A stretch of DNA of 64,000 nucleotides from Antedon mediterranea (Eukaryota; Animalia; Echinodermata): positions 491,812-555,811 of the forward strand of contig NC_092675.1 of assembly GCF_964355755.1 (NCBI RefSeq), read 5' to 3'. The position numbers were made by a program, and so were the translations under genes. The notes beneath the pieces were generated by a model. That model saw only the letters and a program-made list of their open reading frames with translations, had not been told where the DNA came from and did no database searches. Positions 14,142 through 27,900 of the stretch are shown in pieces (the stretch's first letter is position 1; each line of letters starts with the position of its first letter).

Positions 14142-14222
14142 TTAAATTAATGATTTCTTTTAAAGGTGAACCCTTTTAAATTCTATTTACAGATTTGAGT
14201 GAAGCATCAGCAGCAAATCAAG

Positions 14223-17200
14223 ATGTCAATAGCGACTGCACAGCCTCGCCATGTTTTTGGTTTGAAGGGCAAAGTTAATAACAACATCTGTTATGTGGAT
14301 GAACAAACCATAGTTTACCCATCAGGTGCAAATACTGTTTTATATAACATTGATCAAAAATCGCAGAAATTCATTGCTGGATCTGAAAAAAGTCTTGGAA
14401 CAACAGCAATGTGTGTCAGTCCGAACCGCAGATACATCGCCATTGCTGAAAAGGGCAGCGAGAAAGCTACTATCACTATTTATGACTTACACTCTTTGCG
14501 AAAACGTAAAGTTCTAAGTTCACCAGATATCCAGTCTGTTGAGTTTGTTAGTCTGGCTTTCTCTCCCGATTCAAAGTATCTGATTGCTCAAGCTGGACGA
14601 CCAGATTGGATACTTCTTTACTGGACCTGGGAAAAGTCAAAGGTCATGGCGTCGACTAAAACCTCAAATCCTGCAAACAATGACATTTATCAGGTAAACA
14701 AAATTAAATCGATTAAAATCATTAATCAAAAATAATGTTAAAGTAAGGTATAATGATATACCTGTAGCCTACAGTGTCCATTTAATTCATTTTTGTTTTC
14801 CATTTAAAAAATAAAAAACTCAAAACTTATGAACACACAATTACTGTCTTATTTAACAGATTGTGGTAATTTCAGTATTATTCACAATACAATTAATAAG
14901 TTGTTAATTATTATTATATTTCTTTTCTCAAAGGTTTCTTTTAACCCGCAAGACAATACACAGATCTGTGTTGTTGGTAACGGAATCTTCAAGCTATTCC
15001 GCTACAGTGAAGGCAACCTGCGACAGTTTGCCTTTCAGAAGTTAGAGCCACAGAACTACTTGTCACAAGCTTGGGTATCGGATGAAAGAGTTATTGTTGG
15101 CACTGATAATGGCAAGCTTTTCCTGTTTGAGTCAGGAGAACTGAGGAACGAATTCTCAATTGTAACGAAGGAAAAAGAAATGGAAAGGTATGCTATAGCC
15201 CCTACTACTATTGTTCATAAAATAGTAAAAGTATGACTTTTATTATTATTTGGTATTATCAATTCCACTATGGTTTGGTAAGTAACAAGGAATAGGTATT
15301 ATCATACTACGAGTTTACTGTAATACCACCACTTTATAATGTCTGATTTTACAAACAGGCATTTCCCCAGGTATAGTCCCAGTATTGACTTTTGATCTGA
15401 ATTTAGGCCAAGTAAGTAAAACAATTAAGTGAATTCTATCGGAATTGATCAGTAAAAACTGCTTTTTCACATCCATCAGATAAACAGATTTAAAATTGTA
15501 ATGTTTCTTGATTTTGTTATTCCCCAATTCCCACAAACTGCTAATAAACTTCACCACTACAGGTTATTTTAAAATAATAGAAACTGCATTTGTATTACAA
15601 TTACGTTTTAATTGACAGGGTTGGAAGTATTGCAGAAGGTGACTTGGTGCCTTCAGGACCACCTCCAGTTACTGCTATTGTAGCTTACTCTAAGGGCTTT
15701 GCCTGCTCAGGGGGCATAGGCACAGTTCATCTATTTGAAAAGACAGAAGACAAGGATAACTACAAAAAGGGCAGAGAAATCAAGGTATTATTCAATTAAG
15801 TTGCAAGCAGTTGTTTCAAATAAATGATATAAGGCACTCTATTTAATTTACTCCAAAAGCCAAAACTGAGAATAGAGATACTAGTAGGCCTAACCACATA
15901 ATGCTTTAATACAGTATATGTTTAAATAATAATGCATTCTGGATAGTACAGTGTTCATATGTTTGTAAATGTCTTTATCATTCTTTTGTTTGTAAAGAGA
16001 ATGTTAATTGATGTTGGTTTCTGATATTTAGATTCCACAAGATGCAATTGGTGCTGACCCAACGAGACAAGAAAATCATACAATAAAGACGGTGACAGTT
16101 AGTCCGTCAGAAGAGACATTGGTTTGTAGTACCATCACAAACCAACTCTACTGTATGACTCTCTCCAGTGCTGATCTAGGAAAGGTAATCTTCATTATCA
16201 TCATAAGTGACATAGTCATAATCACCTTTATTCATTATCAATTTCATTTTCTTATTAGCACAACAACTTTTGTGTTCAATTTTATTACGCTCTGTCTACA
16301 CAATTAAACTAGTTTGACAAAAAAAATTTGATGTGCCAAATTATGGTTGTGATAATAATGCCCAAATATGGTAGTGATATGACATCATCATGTCCAAATA
16401 TGGGCACATCACATAAAGTTTGATAGTGAGCTTTATGTATTGTAATTTATTATATCTACACTTCTATTCTTTTACATAGCATGGTGATCAAGCAACCTTT
16501 GAATTGTTATCCCAACCCTTCCACTTTGGAACAATCAGTGGTTCAGATGTGTGCATTCGTAAACCACTCATAGCCACCTGTTCTGTTGATAGGTCGGTTC
16601 GTATCTGGAACTATGAAACAAAGTAAGTTTTTACGGCACTGTAGCATAGAGGTTTTTGGTTCCTGTGGTTCTGGGTTCAAGACATAGCTCCCACATTACT
16701 AGGATTTTCTCTTACCTAATTTTGTATAAAGCTAAAATTTAAAAATAAATGTTTATGGACAGTAATTTGATGAACCAGATGAGTTGATGAATGACCAAGT
16801 AGATAGCATAGTTAATTTGTTCATTCTCACAAAATTGTACTTGAACACGACTGAAACCTACAACCTCCAGATCACAAGCCTGGAGTTCGTACTTCTAGAC
16901 CACCAAGCTTGCGCTGATGGCTAGGATTGGATTCAAGCCCAAGATAGAAATGAAAGCAAGCATTAAAAGAAAGAAAGGTTTTTGTGTAAATTAAAATAAT
17001 TATACTGTGTCTTTTCTAGTTCTATTGAGCTGCACAAGGAATTCCAAGAGGAAGCATACAGTATAGCTCTTCATCCTTCAGGCCTGTTCATTCTGGTTGG
17101 TTTTAGTGACAAGTTAAGACTTATGAACCTGCTCATTGATGACATCAGGACATTCAAAGAGTTCACTGTTAGAGGTTGCCGCGAGGTATGTTGCATTATG

Positions 17201-20200
17201 TGAACAATTTGAGTATGCTTTATATCAATCTATTACTTAACGCCGTTCTGCCGAATAGTCTTCTGCTTATTTCTGCTGTGAAGTTCCTCCAAAGTGTTCT
17301 GTCAGTTACTATGTTCTTTATTTTCTGTAGGTCCGTTACTTTTTAATAATTACATTTTTTGGTAGTTATATCAATTTGAATAGGACAGAGATGATGTACA
17401 GTAGATTTAACCAATTTTTTAAACAAACAGAAACAATTTTATTATTATACTGGTGATGAATTAAATTAATTGTCGGTATTGGCAACAGTCATTATTAAAT
17501 TTTAGTATATAATTCCATATTCTATTCAATTGTATTGTTCTCTTTGTTTTAGTGTTCATTCAGCAATGGAGGTCACATGTTTGCTGCTGTTCATGGCAAT
17601 GTTATTCAAGTTTACTCAACTTCTACGTTTGAGATTATCAACAATTTGAAAGGACACAATGGGAAGGTAATCTACGTTTTGTGACTGTGATATATGAGTG
17701 TGTGCAGTACTGTATGTCATGTAGATGGAAATAGAGAAAATTGATCAATTTGACAATTACCTTGCTGTTTAATATAATTACTATCAATTATTATTAACAT
17801 GATTGTCCAAACATTTCAGGTGCGTTCAATTGTATGGAGCGCAGATGACAGCAAGCTTGTTAGCTGTGGAATGGATGGAGCAGTGTATGAATGGAATTCA
17901 TTCAGCGGAAAACGTGAAGGAGAAAGCGTACTGAAGTCGTGTAGTTACACTTGCGTTACAGTTTCTCCTGATGGAAAAACTACATTTGCTGTTGGTTCTG
18001 ACCGCACTTTGAAAGAGATTACAGATTCTCAGGTTAGTAGTCATTTCAATTTATATAAGTTAATGAAGGGCAGGTTAATATCTGGGAATGATTAGGCCAA
18101 AAAGAGGCAGATCTTGCATTTTGGGTGTGGAATAGAGCAGTGTACACAGTGTACACTATAAGCTGGTATTCAGACGTGTGCATCATTCACCAGCCTATTG
18201 CATGGTAAAAAGATGTATACAAAATGCAGATCATTCAGTAGCGTCCTCAATCGTTAAAATGGGAGAAGTGCAGGTTAATATCTGGGAATGGTGATGGCAT
18301 TCAAAAGGCAGATCTCGGATTCTGGCCATGGAGTAGGGCATAGACAGTGCACACTATAATTGATTTTCAAATATTATGCATCATTCACCATCCTAGTACA
18401 AACGGACTCAGACCATTTAGGAGTACCCTTAATCATTGAGATGGCACAAATTATGTATGCCATGTGATATGATATCATCCAAAGGCAATATATATTCATT
18501 GTTAATTTTACTGCATTTTTTCAGATATTACGTGATGTAGAGGCAACTGATGTCACACTGACCCAAGTTGCAATGTCTCATAATGGACGAATGCTGTTTG
18601 CAGGAACATCAGCCGGTACCTTGCGATCAATGAAGTACCCTTTGACCTCGCCTGGTGAATGGACAGAAAGCATGGCCCATGGGACAGCAATAACTAAGGT
18701 GAGATTGCATAGATAGACTGCTGAATTCAAGACCAAATGTATAATGGAATATTTGAGTTGTTGCCCATACATAACACTAATACTTTTAATATTTTACAAT
18801 TTTTTTTTTAGTTATTTCTTTCAAAGTTAACAATTTTTATTATCATTGTTTTCAGATGAGGATAAGCTATGATGACCAGTACCTCATAACTGTTTCTGAA
18901 GATTCTGTATTGATGATCTGGAAAATCACAGACAAAGAGGGCCGTGGTCTGAAGAGGGACAAAGAAATAGGTTATGCTGAAGAAATCCTTATTACCAAGT
19001 CAGATTTGGAAGAAAAGGTAGATGCACTCCTTCTATAACAATACTTAATAATATTACTTGCTGTTGCATAGAATTAGAACAAAATATGATTACTGATTTA
19101 TCTTTTACAGTTAGATAAAACTGCTTATTAACCTTTGTTTTATGTGTAGAACTCTGTCATGGCTGAGCTTAAGACCAGAGTAGAAGAGTTAAAGATGGAG
19201 AATGAGTATCAGCTTCGTCTCAAGGATATGAACTATAACGAAAAGATAAAAGAGTTGACAGAAAAGTTCATTCAGGAGATGGAATCATTGAAGACAAAGA
19301 ATCAAGTCCTGAAGACGGATAAAGACAAAGAGGAGGCCAGGCACGAAGAAGAACTTGCAGAAATTATGGAGAAAAACTCCAAAGAAAACCAGGACCTTGG
19401 TAAATATTATTTTTCCTTTGGTGAAACTTACCGATGTTTCACCAAATTGTTTACCTCATTTAACACTAAAGAAAAATTCTCAAAAATTGTCATTAGAAAC
19501 AATGCATTTTTAGTGTTTAAATTATTCAAAACACTGTAATTAATTCAATGTAAATTTTTGTTATGTGCAACTTCTTTACATTATAATACTTCATTTTGTA
19601 TTGTAGAGCTTGCTAACAACCAAAAGCTGATGATAGAGTACGAGAAGTACCAAGAACTACAATCCAAGTCTCAGAAGATGCAAGAAGACTATGAAAGACA
19701 ACTACAGGAGATGGAGGAGTCTAAAGAACAAGCTTTAGAAGAACTTACTGAGTACTACCAGACCAAGCTACAAGAGAAAACCATCCAATTGGACCAGGTG
19801 ATTAATTGTAACATTTCTGTTCTTGTCTTAAGCTCTGTCTACACTATCATTCAAACTAGTTTGCCCAAATATGGTAGTGATATTCCCAAATATAGTAGTG
19901 ATATGAAATCAGCATGTCCATATATGGGCACATCACTTTTTTTTTTTAAATGTTTAATACTGTAGACAGAACTTTACTATAGAAAAATCATCAGAAACCT
20001 GTAATTTGTATTTTCTGAACAATTTATTATGCTATCTCACAGTCATGGCTGTGTTCAATCATTTTTATTCACGAATACAAATTGTACAAAAGAAAGTTTA
20101 CTTTCAGTTTAGGTCAATGTTTGGAACTCAACCAAGGAAGGACACAATTTGTTTTAGAAAAAATTAATAATATTAAACTGGTTTCTTTCAGGCAAATGAC

Positions 20201-23138
20201 GAGGCTCGACATCAACAAAGAGAATATGAGGAAACAAAGAAACAGATAGAAGAAGATGCTGACCGCGAGATACTGGACATTAAGAACAAGTATGAACGAC
20301 GTTTACGAGATGAAAAAGAAGCAAATATGAGATTGAAAGGAGAAACTGGAATTATGAGAAAGAAGGTAGGAGAGTTCTAAGTTAAAGCATTAAGGCGAAT
20401 AACCTATTTAGATGCATGTTGGAATCAATGGAGGTCAATATAGCTAACTTCATGTATGTATTTTTTAAGTATAACTAAACACCCACAGTTTTCACCCTCA
20501 ACATGATGCAGGGGAATGGCTGTTCACTTTTGTTTTATTGTTTTTTAGTTCACCAGCCTTCAAAAAGAAATTGAAGATCACAAAGATGAAATCAAGAAAT
20601 TACAGAACGAGCAGAGTAAATTACAGAGTGTTATAAAGTCACTTGAAAAAGACATCTTTGGACTGAAAAAGGAAATCCAGGAACGAGATGAGACCATTCA
20701 AGATAAGGTAACGTAAATAAGAATAAGATTAATAAAAAAAACACAAACTAAATCTCAGTTTGAAAATAAATTACATCTTATTATAATAATAATTATATCA
20801 TTGAAAACTACCAAGTAAGGTTATAGGATTTTAATGCATTTAGTCTCTTGATTTCCAAATCTCTTACCAACCTGACAAACATGCTTTTAATATTATTCCT
20901 TTTCTATTAAATGTAGGAGAAGAGAATTTATGATCTGAAGAAGAAAAATCAAGAGCTGGAGAAATTCAAGTTTGTGTTGGACTACAAAATTAAGGAGTTA
21001 AAGAAGCAAATTGAACCTAGAGAAAACGACATAAAAGCAATGAAAGACCAGATTCAGGAGGTAAAGAGGTTCAAACAAGTTGTTAGGGTTGACTTATGAT
21101 ACAGGCCTTACAGAATGTGCCTAAGAATAGATACTGGCCAAATGATAGATACAGTACAGTCCACATATAGCACTCAGACATTTAACTACAGTATTTTGTT
21201 GAATTGTCTCTATCTTTATATGGGTTTTTATGCTATAAAAGATGTTTGTATTTATTCTACACAGATGATGATACTGAGAGCATTTTTGAATTTTGCTTTT
21301 GTATTCTTTTGTATTGTTTGTGTTTTCTATGGTGTTATGCTGAAATAAAAGATTATTGATTTGATTAACAAATTATTCCCAAGCCATAAGCCAGGAACAG
21401 TAATTCAACAAGCAGTAACCCGTTGGACTACTAATTTAAATGTATTCGCTGTTTTTTTACAGATGGAAAGTGAGTTAGAACGATTTCATAAACAGAATAC
21501 GCAACTTGAACTGAACATTACAGAACTTCGACAGAAACTCAAAGCAACAGAAAAAGAAATGTACATGGAGAGACAGAGGGTGAGTGGCAGAGTTTTTGTA
21601 TATAAACTTAAATTAATCAATTCTATTCTAGGTAATTACATATATCCTCTAGTATAATCCCACCCCCCTAGAACACAAAATTGAGCTTTGACGAACTATA
21701 CCTGAGGAAACCCTGGTTCATGAAAAAATGATTGGTAAAGCATGTCTTGTAAAAATTCATCTGGCTAGAGAGAGGCCTACATCCAGACCAAAAGTCAATA
21801 CTGGGACTACATCCTAGGATATGAATGTTTGTAAAATTAGACATAAAGTAGGGGGTGGGATTAGATCGAAGTGGGATTATACTCGAGAATATTTGGTAAC
21901 TTTTTTAAATTGTTTTCAAAATCCATTATTTTTATGAAAGTTTATTGTATTGTTTTTGTGTTAGGTACGGGACTCAGAAGCTGTGATGAAGCGATTTAAA
22001 ACAGACCTGCATAATTGTGTTGCTTTCATTCAAGAGCCTAAGAAGCTGAAAGAAAGTATCAAGCAGCTGTATGCTAAACACGTTCAGGATGATACAGTAA
22101 GCTTGTTTGTTATGTTATGCTGTTGAGGTTAAAAACTATGTGCCAAAATATGGTAGTGATATGCTTAAATATGGTAGTGCCATGCTTAAATATACTAGTG
22201 ATATGACATCATCATATATAGGCACATCACATTTTTTTGTCACATAAAGTTTGATAGTGTAGACAGAGCTTTAGACAAAACCTTGGTATCAGATTCGTTA
22301 ATATCACTGTACTTTGTTTGTCTAGCCTGAATCTGCCAGTGTGGATGGTGATATTCAGAGAGAATACAGCCGACAACGTAAGCACCTTGAGCAGAGTGTA
22401 GCCTCCCTGAGGAAGAAACTTACTAAAGATACAGAAATACATCGTGCTGATAATGTCCGAATCATGCAGGTTAGTTTTTGTGCATAAATTTGTTTTTTTC
22501 TACCTTTTCACAAAAATGCATATTATTGTTTTGTGTATAGTAATCAGACATAAAGTTCTCTGAAGACTTCAAACATGACAATCACATGGATATGCAGCAG
22601 CTATTGAGTCATTCTGTACACTCTGAGACGTAATGATTTCACTTATTAACTGCATAGTCATAGTCAAAAGGCCGCTATAAAATTCTTTTTTTTTTATTGA
22701 ATTCTTGGTCTTGCTTTAAATCCAGGCATTCTAGGAAATAAGGAGAAGTTCTCGATGTTATACACATTCTTTGGCTATTACCATGTTAAGTAAACATTTT
22801 ATCTTTTTTTTTTAAACTAGGAAAACGTTTCACTCATCAAAGAAATTAATGATTTACGAAGAGAGCTGAAAATCGCCAGAACACAGGTACATGATCTAGA
22901 GGCAGCTCTCGGAATAAACAGAAAAAATAAAACACAGCAAGATTCACATGAGAATGTAGACAACATACAGCACGCATCAACAACGCTATCAAGCGGAGAA
23001 GGCAGAACGGAGGAGAATATCCGCATTATTGAAATGCAACGTAGTGAAATTAAAAAGCTTCGCATTCAGTTGCATGATATTGAAACGGTGTCGCGACCTC
23101 CATCAGGTGGTAAGCTTCCTCCTGTGTTGGCGCAGTAG
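14223..23138 (+). CDS. CFAP57: Cilia- and flagella-associated protein 57 (WDR65); ~19 coding exons
   Basis: [35 protein letters not shown] start, WD40 repeats, then a long coiled coil ([82 protein letters not shown]). GT-AG exons run from 14223-14693 to 22821-23138. Confidence 0.95.
16287..16433. mobile_element. MITE family A copy (opposite orientation, right TIR degraded)
   Basis: gctctgtctacac...gtttgatagtg with tatggtagtgatatgacatcatcatg core. Confidence 0.75.
18065..18440. repeat. Degenerate ~200-bp tandem duplication in a CFAP57 intron
   Basis: gcaggttaatatctgggaatg at ~18070 and ~18270, each followed by ggcagatct, cactataa and gcatcattcacca. Confidence 0.6.
19830..19974. mobile_element. 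MITE family A copy
   Basis: aagctctgtctacactatca...tgtagacagaactt. Confidence 0.8.
22135..22271. mobile_element. MITE family A copy (left end truncated)
   Basis: tatggtagtgatatg repeats ending gtttgatagtgtagacagagctt. Confidence 0.75.
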
Positions 23139-24935
23139 TGAAGCTTTGAACATTTGATCTTATATGTATCAATATAAATGTTATATTATCTTAAAAGTGT
23201 ATTAAAGATTTAAATAAGCCGTAGAATGTAATTGTTTCATTTTATTTATATATAAAAAATATGATCTGAATGATTATTAAAGGGTATCTTTAATGAACTA
23301 TAAATCACCCAAATTAGGCTTATCATTATCAAAATCTGATGACATTTCCCAAATCAAGATGAGGGCAGGATTGGAGGATATGAATCCTTTGAATAGGGTT
23401 TTTTTTTTCCATTTCACATGGTACAGTATTGTCCCCTTAATAGAGATGTCCCCTGAATAGGGGTTTCCCCCAAAAGGAGGGATTCTGCCATACATCCTAA
23501 TGAAACCTTTGAATACTCTAAATATATCAAGGCTTATTTTAGTTCATAACTTTTAATAAGTTAGATATTCTTTCTATAGTTTTAATGTAAAGAATGTGAA
23601 TAGAAAATAATATGATTTAGAATTATATTTAATTTTATATTGCAAAACATGTGTCTACAATATGAAAGTGCGTTACTGTATAACATAATTAAACTTTTTG
23701 AATGATGACCGAAAGAATAAATAGTCCCTATATTAAATATGAACCGAAAATGAACTGCTTCATATTGTGTCTTACACTTGCATATTGAGTATATTTCAGT
23801 ATAATTAAATATAATATTGTGTAAATGAAAAGAAGGTGAATATGTATTCATAATAAATGTTGTAAATAAATGCAGTTATTTCTGAAAACATGGCAATTCC
23901 TTTATTTGTAAAAAAGGTATGAAATGCAGATGTTTTTGCAATTCAGTTAAAAAAGATGGAATTTGTAGTGATCAATCGAGATGGTAGTGTCAATTTCTTT
24001 CCAAAAGGCTAAAGTTACTGAAGCATCACCTCCAATAACCATTCTAAGTAAAGCGGTGCAAACTATCTACAGTTACTGTTCTTGTAGCCGTTTTCTTCTG
24101 AAGACACATGGCCATCATTGATGGATACTTAGTATCAGTTGTGACTTCACTGCTGGTGTACTCATGATCTACATTTAGAACATCCTAGTATATACACTTT
24201 TATTTACAACTCCAAATATGCCACTGTCATCTCAATGTAATTTAATACTCTCTTTTCACACATGCTACCAGATACATTGTTATTACTGTAACAAACTACA
24301 ATAAAAATAATTTAATTTCAGTTTTTATTGATTTTACATGTAATTATTTTAATGATAATCACAACAAAAGATGACACACATGATCATTTTAGTTATTATC
24401 AGCCCACTAATATTCATCCAGTTCATTTTGCAAATGAACAAAAACAAGAAACTGGAAAAGGTATTTCTTATGAATTTAAAATTTAGAAATATTCCAAAAA
24501 AGTACATTTCATCTCAAAACCAAATGATTACCAAATATCAAGGTAATTTGCAAAATTTGCATTAAATATTGATAATGAAAAACAATGAATCGCAGCATAA
24601 AAGTATAAACATCACATTTTGTAAACATATTTCTGCTATTTTATTATTTTAATTTAATATTAAGAGGGAATTATGGATGTTTTTGGTCATTTTCACAAGA
24701 CAATTTCAAATACATGATGCACACAGAGTACTTTAAAAACTGTACTGAACCATTGCATATAAAATAACAGACATATTCAAACTTGCAACAATGTATACAT
24801 CAAATTCATCGACGGCAATAATAATACCTTGCAATTTTCACAGATTTTGTGAACAATATTTAATATTAATTCAGTACATTCATGATATTTTGTTTTCAAT
24901 TATAATAAATCTGCCAACAAAATAAATGAAGTAGA

Positions 24936-27900
24936 TCAAATGACAAAAGGAATGATTGATTTTCTGCTTCGTGGATAAGAAGAGAATTCTTTCTTGTAGT
25001 TACGATGCTTGCCGAGCGCCCACATTGTCATCTGGTAGAAGCCAGCCAGCGTGAATAGACCAGCAGGTAAGCATTGGCTCATAATGGTAAAGCTGAGCCA
25101 GGCTCCAACCTCATACATGTAGTTGGGACAACTAACAAATGCAAACGCCAATGTCATAGGGTTTGCAGTCGGATGCGGGATACGACGTTCCTTGGTACCA
25201 GGCGGTCGAAGGTTACGTAAAGCATAATGAATAGAAAAGTTACCAACTTCATTCATCTATATAATAAAGATAAAACAACATTTGTTTTTATTCCAATTTA
25301 TTTGATAAAGGTTTCTGGTGAATACATAATACTGTTGCCTGCTGTACCCAGAGTGTAAAAGAATGTCAACCTAAACTCCAATTCAATCAATGGGCCTGGA
25401 TAACACCATGTTAAGCTAAAGTAACTGGAATACCATTTACATCCTATCTATAGTAAGTAAGGGAAATTTACACAGACAAGCGGTAACAGTAAGCAGAAAA
25501 CTGCATGTTTGTCGCACATAGAATCTATGTCTATCCTGGTCGGGTTTCTATGGTCAATAGAAATAACATTCTAAATTGAAACAAGAATAGTGACCCAACA
25601 ATAGTTAATAATAAACTTACCAAAAATAATGCTAGTCCCCCATACAACTGAACATCCCCATACACTGAAAATAAATACATACAGAGTAAGGTAAGGGCTA
25701 TCAAACTAGCACGCGAGAGGCGTGGATTTGAGACCAGCCTGTGCCATATTGCTTGTAAGAATAAATACATACAGAGTAAGGTAAGGGCTATCAAACTAGC
25801 ATGTGAGAGGCGTGGATTTGAGACCGGCCTGTGCCATATTGCTTGTAAGAATAAATACATACAGAGTAAGGTAAGGGCTATCAAACTAGCACGCGAGAGG
25901 CGTGGATTTGAGACCAGCCTGTGCCATATTGCTTGTAAGAATAAATACATACAGAGTAAGGTAAGGGCTATCAAACTAGCATGTGAGAGGCGTGGATTTG
26001 AGACCGGCCTGTGCCATATTGCTTGTAAGAATAAATACATACAGAGTAAGGTAAGGGCTATCAAACTAGCATGTGAGAGGCGTGGATTTGAGACCGGCCT
26101 GTGCCATATTGCTTGTAAGAATAAATACATACAGAGTAAGGTAAGGGCTATCAAACTAGCATGTGAGAGGCGTGGATTTGAGACCGGCCTGTGCCATATT
26201 GCTTGTAAGAATAAATACATACAGAGTAAGGTAAGGGCTATCAAACTAAAATGTGAGAGGCATGGATTTGAGACCGGTCTGTGCCATATTGCTTGTAAGA
26301 ATAAATACATACAGAGTAAGGTAAGGGCTATCAAACTAGCATGTGAGAGGCGTGGATTTGAGACTGGCCTGTGCCATATTGCTTGTAAGAATAAATACAT
26401 ACAGAGTAAGGTAAGGGCTATCAAACTAGCATGTGAGAGGCGTGGATTTGAAACCGGCCTGTGCCATATTGCTTGTAAGAATAAATACATACAGAGTAAG
26501 GTAAGGGCTATCAAACTAGCATGTGAGAGGCGTGGATTTGAGACCGGCCTGTGCCATATTGCTTGTAAGAATAAATACATACAGAGTAAGGTAAGGGCTA
26601 TCAAACTAGCATGTGAGAGGCGTGGATTTGAGACCGGTCTGTGCCATATTGCTTTTAAGAATAAATACATACAGAGTAAGGTAAGGGCTATCAAACTAGC
26701 ATGCGAGAGGCGTGGATTTGAGACCGGCCTGTGCCATATTTTATTTTTATTTTATTTTATGTCTTTAGGCAATGTGGCCAAGGATTACCAATAGTGAATT
26801 AATCACTGTCCTATCAGATAGGTGGTAATCCCCCTGATACAGGGGCTATTGTGTGAACCAGTTCACCGGGGTAACCCCCTACTCTTTTTCGAATAATGAA
26901 CTGGGTTTCTTTAAAGTACACACAGGTTATAACTGTGTACACTGGACCTACGGTTTATAGTCCTTATCCGAGAAGACTTGTTCCACCACCAGAACTAGGA
27001 GCGAGTCGGCCTCGAACCCTTGCCGATGTTGCTGTTGGCTCTTTAGGTACGGTAAACGGCGCCCCTGCCTTAACCGCTCAGCCATATGACTCACTCAATA
27101 AATAAATACATACAGAGTAAGGTAAGGGCTATCAAACTAGCATGCGAGAGGCGTGGATTTGAGACCAGCCTGTGCCATATTGCTTGTAAGAATAAATACA
27201 TACAGAGTAAGGTAAGGGCTATCAAACTAGCATGTGAGAGGCGTGGATTTGAGACCGGCCTGTGCCATATTGCTTGTAAGAATAAATACATACAGAGTAA
27301 GGTAAGGGCTATCAAACTAGCATGCGAGAGGCGTGGATTTGAGACCGGCCTGTGCCATATTGCTTGTAAGAATAAATACATACAGAGTAAGGTAAGGGCT
27401 ATCAAACTAGCATGTGAGAGGCGTGGATTTGAGACCGGCCTGTGTCATATTGCTTGTAAGAATAAATACATACAGAGTAAGGTAAGGGCTATCAAACTAG
27501 CATGTGAGAGACGTGGATTTGAGACCAGCCTGTGCCATATTGCTTGTAAGAATAAATACATACAGAGTAAGGTAAGGGCTATCAAACTAGCATGTGAGAG
27601 GCGTGGATTTGAGACCGGTCTGTGCCATATTGCTTGTAAGAATAAATACATACAGAGTAAGGTAAGGGATATCAAACTAGCATGTGAGAGAGGCGTGGAT
27701 TTGAGACCAGCCTGTGCCATATTGCTTGTAAGAATAAATACATACAGAGTAAGGTAAGGGCTATCAAACTAGCATGTGAGAGGCGTGGATTTGAGACCGG
27801 TCTGTGCCATATTGCTTGTAAGAATAAATACATACAGAGTAAAGTAAGGGCTATCAAACTAGCATGTGAGAGGCGTGGATTTGAGACCGGTCTGTGCCAT

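Noticed and set aside
25698-25710. ctatcaaactag shared between the 90-bp unit and the MITE A TIR
   Set aside because: Only ~12 bp in AT-rich DNA, too little to claim common origin.
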